Shown here in pieces: positions 57,294 to 64,000 of a DNA stretch of 64,000 nucleotides (its first letter is position 1; each line of letters opens with the position of its first letter). Origin of the DNA: an uncultured virus (IMG/VR IMGVR_UViG_3300022555_000013) (taxonomy: Duplodnaviria > Heunggongvirae > Uroviricota > Caudoviricetes); IMG/VR virus record IMGVR_UViG_3300022555_000013. One strand, 5' to 3'. The notes beneath the pieces were generated by a model. The model was given only the letters and a program-made list of their open reading frames with translations. It did no database searches and had not been told where the DNA came from. The translations under genes and the position numbers were made by a program.

Positions 57294-57597
57294 TAATTTG
57301 CCTTAATTTTCTTTTTCGTTGATTGCCTAATCTATTTTTATAATAAATATATTCAAAGCCGAATCTCTTATATAGTCCTAAAATTCCATTTTGTTCTTCA
57401 CCACATTTACTACAATATTTATGCTTGATAAGCCCGTCCCAGTCATCATTAAACGTTAATAATAGAATATGCTTATGTGAAAATGGCGAAGATGGGAATC
57501 CATTTATTTCATCTAACATCCAATTCAATGTGATTTGCTCAATAAACCGCCATCTATGATATACACATTTATGCCACATCTTATTTATATCCACCAA
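57277..57597 (-). CDS. Small protein with tag, between the uvsY-like gene and uvsW
   Basis: CVYHRW...CSKCG; ends NQRKRKLRQINEIKT. Confidence 0.7.
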   Translation of the reverse strand: MVDINKMWHKCVYHRWRFIEQITLNWMLDEINGFPSSPFSHKHILLLTFNDDWDGLIKHKYCSKCGEEQNGILGLYKRFGFEYIYYKNRLGNQRKRKLRQINEIKT

Positions 57598-58063
57598 TTA
57601 TGTTATACAGATCACCCTTGGTTTTAACACCGTAATAGATAGCGTCCAGATTTTTTGAAGTTTCTCTTAAAAATTGCACATGAGTATCAAATAGATCAAT
57701 TAAAAATTGATGATCAGCAAGATCAGCTTCAATTAATTTCATTTTTTCGCCACCATTTGTCTTTGGAGTATATTCTGTAGCATAAAATTCCCACTGCAAT
57801 TTCCAATTTTTTTTCATTGGTTGGCTATACTTGTATATTCGAACTGCATATTCGTGGATTTCATCTGTAATATTTTGACGCTGACTTATAGATTCTGCTT
57901 GGACATCAAGTATATTTTTAACATCTTGATCTTTTAACTGTGTTGCTAAATGCTGAACTATTCCATTCCACTGAGTTTGTGAAGTTTTGATATCTGTTAT
58001 TATTTTTAAAAATTTTGCTTCCCGCTGTTTTATCTGCTCAGGGGTTAGTTTTATTTCTGCCAT
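57581..58063 (-). CDS. Probable UvsY-like recombination mediator
   Basis: All-helical 160 aa protein near uvsW; WEFY...EKMKLIEAD...FLRET..L pattern. Confidence 0.55.
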   Translation of the reverse strand: MAEIKLTPEQIKQREAKFLKIITDIKTSQTQWNGIVQHLATQLKDQDVKNILDVQAESISQRQNITDEIHEYAVRIYKYSQPMKKNWKLQWEFYATEYTPKTNGGEKMKLIEADLADHQFLIDLFDTHVQFLRETSKNLDAIYYGVKTKGDLYNIIGGYK

Positions 58064-58111
58064 TTTATTAAATTATTTTTTATTTTTATATGCTTTAAAT
58101 GCCATTAAGTT

Positions 58112-58843
58112 TTAAACTTTAGAAAATACTATATCAAAGTAATAATCAAATGCGTACAATGACGATGATTTACTTTGGTTATACTGAACCGTTAAAGTTT
58201 GAAAATTATAAATGTCTAAATTTACTAAACTAAAATCTGTAACCAGATATTCATCACTATATACATCAACATCAAATTCTGGATTATATTGAAGAATAAT
58301 GTTCTTTTTTATTGACTGATCAATTTTTATATCTTTATACTTAACATAAAATTTCATACTATCAAATTTATATCTGCCGATAATATTATTTTTTATATAT
58401 TCATATGTGGCGTTATTGATATTTCCGCTATATACATCAGTATAATTTATAGATTTAAATAACCTACTTTCTTTGAATTTAAAAAATAGATAATCTTGAA
58501 GAATACTCTTAGCATTAATTTTAATTTGCCAACGTGTATTATTTTGCAAATTATTAGTTGTTTGATTCAACAGTGATATGCTTTGATTATTAGCCTTTAA
58601 ATCTGTTAAATTTTCAGAATATTCAAGCTCCCATTCGTCAGGTATTGTATCTTTATCAAAATATTGGTATCCGATATTACTACCACTTGAAACACAACTA
58701 AAATTGATGGTATCCGCATTAATAGTAATAACATTTTCAACATATGCTGCTTTTCCACCAAAAAAAGTTCTCAGCTCTTTCATATTCATAGTTCCAGAGA
58801 TAGGTGTTATGATAAACTTTTTTAGCATTAACGTACTTTTCAT
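58112..58843 (-). CDS. Probable structural protein
   Basis: Co-oriented with the large virion genes upstream. Confidence 0.5.
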   Translation of the reverse strand: MKSTLMLKKFIITPISGTMNMKELRTFFGGKAAYVENVITINADTINFSCVSSGSNIGYQYFDKDTIPDEWELEYSENLTDLKANNQSISLLNQTTNNLQNNTRWQIKINAKSILQDYLFFKFKESRLFKSINYTDVYSGNINNATYEYIKNNIIGRYKFDSMKFYVKYKDIKIDQSIKKNIILQYNPEFDVDVYSDEYLVTDFSLVNLDIYNFQTLTVQYNQSKSSSLYAFDYYFDIVFSKV

Positions 58844-58857
58844 ATTTGATTAGTTTT

Positions 58858-61800
58858 TTATGCTGAAGCATTCCCAAATGGAATACTTGGTTGTGTAACA
58901 ACTACAAAGTTTGTTGCAAAACTTTTCGTGTTTACTATCTGATCTGGATTAGTCAAAACGTAAAATTCTCTATCCCAAGAAGAATTAAATATAAATCTTG
59001 AAGAATATTGATATCCATATTCGTCAACCCTTGGATATATTGACATATCCTGATCAGTATTTTTCAATTTCAAAGGAACAATCTTCGGGTTAACCTTCGA
59101 AAATATCATTTCTTCAATAACCCCAAATCCTTGAAGTGAAGTATCAAATTTATAATTACTACCCCAGCCATTAATAGTGGTTTGCGTCTTACCACTGTTC
59201 ACGCTATTAAATATATATGAGCACCCAAATAAAGGAATATCCTTAAAAATTGGCTCGTATGAACCATTATATCTGAACACTACATTATTAGAAGTTATCT
59301 TATTGGAAGCATAAATAGTATTAATATTTGAAACCTTTTGATTTGGATATATCGCCCTTGCTAATGGTTCTGTAATATTAGATTTTTTCTTAGTTTGGTC
59401 ATCGTAATATGTCTTATATTTATCATAAATATTTGTTACTGGACCCTTAATTGGTACAGTAATATAAGATGATCGTTTAGTTTCAAGTGAAATAGGGTCT
59501 ACTATAGAAAGCATGTAAGGTGGAATATTCTTTGTCCACCCACTCAATGTTGACATTGAATTATTTGGATTGTAGACATTAATATTTCCAGTCGATCCAG
59601 AATTTCCATCGGCATCAATATAATAAAACGTAATACCAGAATCAAATTCAGTAATATTATTTAAATCCCCAAAAGCTGTAGTAAAATTAGCTGCGGTAAA
59701 TTTACTTGGGTCAAACTGCGGTGATGTTGCACTTAATGACTCACCATATACAGTTTTAGCGGTGTATAATCCAGTTTTTTCATTAAATATTGGCACATTG
59801 TTTAAATTAACAAATCCACTTTTAATCGGAATTGTCGCATTAACAATGATTAATAAATTTTTAAATTTTTCATTTAAAAAAACATGAATTGCATCAACGG
59901 TATTATCAATTACAGTATTACCAGATAGCCCATTTTCAACAATTCCTCCACCATCAATTAAATATACATCATTTAATATTATAGCGAATTTGTAACCGTT
60001 AAATGTTTTACTATTATCATAAATATAGTCAGTAATAGCACCAGTATCATTCCTTACTATATCAGATAAATAACCAGCGTTAAAATTTAATCCTTTGAAG
60101 ATTGTTGTAGATTGAGAATATTGATCACCACAATTAAAAACGGAATATTTTGATGTGGGCTTTAAATAATCAACATAATCTAATCTGTAATACATTTTAT
60201 TCTTAAAGAAGTATTCAAAATAGTCTACATTTGAATTTAAATATAATCCCAAATTAAACTTACTGCTTAATTTGTTCATTAAATCAGTTTCTATATTTGT
60301 TGATTGATTAAAATACCTAACTGTAACCCCAGTTGAGCCTATTGTTGTGTTACCAGAAAAGAAATTTCCTATTCTATAGAAGTAATCCAAATTCTTTTCA
60401 GCTTCATCTGGAAGATTTAAAATAGTGTTAGCTGTTCTATTGAAAATATCACCAACTTTAATTGAGTTGTTCATTTTATATGGGTAGTCACATTGGCACA
60501 ATGACCCAACCGCACCCCATTTAACATATGACTGATTTTTACGCCATATATCAGACAATTCACTATTATTATTTAAAACTTCAAATAGCTCATCATCCCC
60601 AATATATTCAGAGGCGGCATTCATAATTTGATATTGCCCGTCTTCCCCTCTTGCATGAATCATAAATTCTCTACCAATCGATTCATTCATATAATCAGTT
60701 GCATATATTTTGTGTTCATTTGTAAGATGATATGTATCTTTTTCATAGTCAAAATCAGCAAAATGGGTATTAACAATATCCATATCAAAATCTTTAACAT
60801 CTGTTAATTTTAATCTATACACTGGGTATGTAATTGGGGTTTGCTTGTAAGTTGAAACATTTTTAACAATCCTTGTTCCACTATCTTTTCCACCTTTCCA
60901 ATACTCTAAATATGTTGGAAATGAATTTATACCATAATCACTTTGAATAAAATAATCGGTACCTCTTTTCTTTAATATGTGATATATACCATCAATATTA
61001 ATTAAATATAAATCAGCATACATTGAATGTGTAACAGCATCGTTAGGATTTGAACTATAATAATCATCTATAACATCATACGGATCAATTTGAAATTTTG
61101 ATGTCATACCAGATACAAAATTTGTATATCCAGACGGATTGTTTATGGCACGGCAACGATAATTGAATCCGTGCTCATAGTTAATGATACAGCTATTATC
61201 ATAAATTTTACTAAAATCAATATCTTTCATATCACGATCACTTATTATCTTATAAAGATATTTATCGTCTTGCTGTACTTTTACGACCTCATAAAATTTA
61301 CCTTCATACTGAATCCAATATGTTATATTATCTTTGAACCCATCTACAAATGGAGATTCGATCATTTCTGTTGTTCCAGAACAAAAAATATTATTTATCA
61401 ATCCTATATCTGGCTTAAGTGATGGGGTCATATAAGACGTTAAATTAGTAACAAATTCTAACTTGTCAATGTAAAATCCATAATATCTATTCATCGAATA
61501 GTTCCTAACAAGCTCTGGTGTTGATGGAACATCATTAAATAAAAATTTCATATTTAATATGTTTGGATAAATCATATTATTTTCTTTATATCCGTCAACG
61601 ATCATTTTTTCAAGTCTAAAATGCGGCTGTTCATAAAATAGTGCGTCCTGTAAATATTTTTCCTTAACAACATAAGAACCGCTGGTATAATCAATCCCAG
61701 ACCATCTTGAAAAATTAAATCTTTTAAAATCCAATTCGAATGAATGAAGTGGGAATCTGGTATTATTAGTGAAATTTTTAGATAGAAAATATCCAAGATC

Positions 61801-62331
61801 GGATTGATATCTCATATCAAAAAAATTAACGCATTTCCACTTATCAACAATTTGATCATTAAAATTATCTTTATTGAGCTCCGATATTACAAATTCATTG
61901 TTAATCATTTCATATGGAGTTGGCTCATCCACTCGTAGAACAATAAACCCCTCAGGAAGAGTATCCTTCCTAATAAACAACGGTGCAAAATATTCATAAT
62001 CTTCGTTAAACCACTTATCTTCAACAGCTTTTGCACCACTCCAATACATATCATCAAACTGTTTATCATATGAACTTTGAACGATTTTATTGTCATTATC
62101 ATATTTTACATCAAATGCTAAATCTGATGGTAATCCTTTATAGAATCTAACCAATTGATCTTCATATAAAGAATTTTTGCTTATTTGAAAATGCTTATAC
62201 TTTTCATCACTAAGCTGCTTATTGGTGTCAAATGTTTCTAAGTATAATTTATAATCAGAACTAACAACTAATTTCAAATTAGTAGTTAATCTTGGGTTTG
62301 TTTTGAGTAGCTGAAAACTTCTATTTATCAT
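58858..62331 (-). CDS. Large probable virion (baseplate/tail-associated) protein, 1157 aa
   Basis: Size, SGxT units and position in the structural block. Confidence 0.55.
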   Translation of the reverse strand: MINRSFQLLKTNPRLTTNLKLVVSSDYKLYLETFDTNKQLSDEKYKHFQISKNSLYEDQLVRFYKGLPSDLAFDVKYDNDNKIVQSSYDKQFDDMYWSGAKAVEDKWFNEDYEYFAPLFIRKDTLPEGFIVLRVDEPTPYEMINNEFVISELNKDNFNDQIVDKWKCVNFFDMRYQSDLGYFLSKNFTNNTRFPLHSFELDFKRFNFSRWSGIDYTSGSYVVKEKYLQDALFYEQPHFRLEKMIVDGYKENNMIYPNILNMKFLFNDVPSTPELVRNYSMNRYYGFYIDKLEFVTNLTSYMTPSLKPDIGLINNIFCSGTTEMIESPFVDGFKDNITYWIQYEGKFYEVVKVQQDDKYLYKIISDRDMKDIDFSKIYDNSCIINYEHGFNYRCRAINNPSGYTNFVSGMTSKFQIDPYDVIDDYYSSNPNDAVTHSMYADLYLINIDGIYHILKKRGTDYFIQSDYGINSFPTYLEYWKGGKDSGTRIVKNVSTYKQTPITYPVYRLKLTDVKDFDMDIVNTHFADFDYEKDTYHLTNEHKIYATDYMNESIGREFMIHARGEDGQYQIMNAASEYIGDDELFEVLNNNSELSDIWRKNQSYVKWGAVGSLCQCDYPYKMNNSIKVGDIFNRTANTILNLPDEAEKNLDYFYRIGNFFSGNTTIGSTGVTVRYFNQSTNIETDLMNKLSSKFNLGLYLNSNVDYFEYFFKNKMYYRLDYVDYLKPTSKYSVFNCGDQYSQSTTIFKGLNFNAGYLSDIVRNDTGAITDYIYDNSKTFNGYKFAIILNDVYLIDGGGIVENGLSGNTVIDNTVDAIHVFLNEKFKNLLIIVNATIPIKSGFVNLNNVPIFNEKTGLYTAKTVYGESLSATSPQFDPSKFTAANFTTAFGDLNNITEFDSGITFYYIDADGNSGSTGNINVYNPNNSMSTLSGWTKNIPPYMLSIVDPISLETKRSSYITVPIKGPVTNIYDKYKTYYDDQTKKKSNITEPLARAIYPNQKVSNINTIYASNKITSNNVVFRYNGSYEPIFKDIPLFGCSYIFNSVNSGKTQTTINGWGSNYKFDTSLQGFGVIEEMIFSKVNPKIVPLKLKNTDQDMSIYPRVDEYGYQYSSRFIFNSSWDREFYVLTNPDQIVNTKSFATNFVVVTQPSIPFGNASA

Positions 62332-64000
62332 GCACCTAACGCCCCTCCTTGAGCAATTGTTCCACCACCAGTACGAACTATGTATGTGTAATTTCTATAA
62401 ATTTTAAATACTAATTCGAATTCAAACGGACGTGATGAGTTTTCAATTTCCGCAAAAATTTTCAATCGCCTTGTAACAAATGATGAGGTGGTTGTATTTT
62501 GTGGAATATAAACGGCTGGATACGCTGATGTGCTTCCAGTTGACATTTTAAAATATATGATAATTGGTAGAGTTATTATACCATTCGCATCAATATATTT
62601 AACACCCCCCTTATCAGAATACACAAAATTGCTTATATCTACAATCTTTGGGTGAACAGAAGTCAAGAATGCTGTTGGGCCTCCAATCCCCCAGTTTTCT
62701 GTTGTGGATGATATTCCAGTCCACGGTAACGACATAATGCTTATTGGGTCTGCATAACTTAGATTGGCATCAGGTGAAGTTCTTCCAGAAATACCAACAT
62801 TATAATTATTTGATGATAATACTGAATTTTGCTCATTAATATAATTAGCCTGATTTGATGTAAACCCAGACCAGTATATTTGCTGTGTGCCAGTAGAATC
62901 ATCAATCCAAATGAATTGATTGTCTGTCTGAGCATATAGAATATCATTTTCATCAACATATGTGGCTAATGATCCTTTTGCTACAACAGGATTATAAAAC
63001 CTATTATCTGTTGTGCTCGTTGGAACAAATTTTCTATAAGAAAGTAGACCCAACTGGCTGCTTTTTGCAACATTTTGAAATTGAATATAATAATCCTCAA
63101 TTCCTTGTACACTATTAATGTAATTACGTGTACCGCCACTTGATTGTGCACTTTCTTCACACCTGACTGTTATTGTTACTGATGCTCCATTGGCAATAGT
63201 AGTAGGAACAGTGTCTTTAAATAATGTGACTGTAAGTTCACCTTTTGAACGAAGAATTTGCTCTTCTAATGAGGCAATTCTTGTATTTAAATTTATCAAA
63301 TATTGATATAATGTAAGCATATTTCCCGTATCATCCTTAAACGATGTCCCAAGATTTATATCCATATGGGCAATATATTGATCATTATTGTAAAATGACT
63401 GTTGCAAGTGATTTGATAAACCTTTAGCATTCAATTTGTTTTCAAGTGCATTTGCAATTGTATCATCTTGAGCTTCTTGTAATATTATAGAATTTTCATC
63501 ACCAATTTGTGATAAATCCGTTGGAAATCCAATTGTTAACACATTACTCCAGTCAGATTCAATCGGAGCATCGGGCCAACCAACTTCAGATATTGATTTA
63601 ATTCTAATTTCAACAGTTTCACCATTCTGAATAGCAATATCCAATTGATTAATATTAGGGGTATCTGCGTTAGACACATCTTCAATTACCCACGTCCAAA
63701 CATCCAAAACACTATTATATAATCGTTTTCTGGCATCGGATAAAAATTGATTCCAGTTTGAAAAATATCCAGTTGTATTTACAATTTGGGTTGTAACACT
63801 TGGATTTGTAAATGCTCTTGTCTGATCAGAAATATCACCAGTTGTTGTGGTTGTGTTATACGTGGTTTGATTCATTGTTAAATTAAACCCTTCGGTAGGT
63901 GGCTCTGACCCACCAGTCTTACTATAGCGATACTGCACTTTAAATTGTACAACTTCTTGCTTTGTTTGATATCCTTCATACCCAGTCAAAACTGGCTCTG
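62328..64000 (-). CDS. C-terminal part of a large probable virion protein (start lies outside the window)
   Basis: The frame is open to the window edge; Fn3-like IRIKSISEVGW...SDWS; Ser/Thr/Gly-rich. Confidence 0.65.
   Translation of the reverse strand, partial: EPVLTGYEGYQTKQEVVQFKVQYRYSKTGGSEPPTEGFNLTMNQTTYNTTTTTGDISDQTRAFTNPSVTTQIVNTTGYFSNWNQFLSDARKRLYNSVLDVWTWVIEDVSNADTPNINQLDIAIQNGETVEIRIKSISEVGWPDAPIESDWSNVLTIGFPTDLSQIGDENSIILQEAQDDTIANALENKLNAKGLSNHLQQSFYNNDQYIAHMDINLGTSFKDDTGNMLTLYQYLINLNTRIASLEEQILRSKGELTVTLFKDTVPTTIANGASVTITVRCEESAQSSGGTRNYINSVQGIEDYYIQFQNVAKSSQLGLLSYRKFVPTSTTDNRFYNPVVAKGSLATYVDENDILYAQTDNQFIWIDDSTGTQQIYWSGFTSNQANYINEQNSVLSSNNYNVGISGRTSPDANLSYADPISIMSLPWTGISSTTENWGIGGPTAFLTSVHPKIVDISNFVYSDKGGVKYIDANGIITLPIIIYFKMSTGSTSAYPAVYIPQNTTTSSFVTRRLKIFAEIENSSRPFEFELVFKIYRNYTYIVRTGGGTIAQGGALGA

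Noticed and set aside
309..62959. Many 60-140 aa ORFs in the track lying antisense to or nested within longer genes (e.g. 309-626, 6124-6387, 19402-19698, 56188-56613)
   Set aside because: Shadow frames of well-supported genes, with Phe/Ile/Leu-rich composition typical of the AT-rich antisense strand.
1..64000. Stop-codon reassignment (TAG or TGA recoding, as in some large Bacteroidota phages)
   Set aside because: Long conserved genes are uninterrupted in the standard code, and TAA, TGA and TAG all end genes, including directly after the conserved FDL terminus.

Overview
AT-rich, densely coding segment of a very large tailed-phage (jumbo/huge phage) genome read in the standard genetic code. 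T4-like core genes are present: UvsW-like helicase, probable UvsY, the N-terminal half of a split family-B DNA polymerase and a gp14-like neck protein. Large Ser/Thr/Gly-rich virion proteins lie at the right end. Auxiliary genes include an Hsp70/DnaK with altered ATP-site motifs, glutamine-dependent NAD synthetase, a CDF transporter, DHFR, a GMP reductase/IMPDH-family enzyme, a HAD nucleotidase, a DHH phosphoesterase, a stand-alone response regulator, an 8-gene sugar-synthesis/methylation/glycosyltransferase cluster and an Aah/TibC-like glycosyltransferase. An IS607-type element without a recognisable tnpB occupies the left edge. There are three free-standing homing-endonuclease-like genes, two of them translationally coupled to tiny unannotated RHH-like genes. 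Repeated TAnnTTTG promoters and a Bacteroidota-type lipoprotein point to a Bacteroidota host. The most striking unexplained structure is a set of short peptide tags on unrelated proteins. About 18 small proteins carry R-x-x-K-[LIM]-x-x-[IL], almost always at the C-terminus. Six unrelated proteins end in [RK]-F-D-L-stop. Several others start with capsid-targeting-like leaders or a shared ~40-aa propeptide. Three intergenic motif classes (TAnnTTTG; AAACTT-N16-TATAAT-like; T[AT]ATATATA) suggest an early/middle/late programme. No tRNA, rRNA or CRISPR array was seen. All functional calls come from motif recognition by eye, not from database searches.
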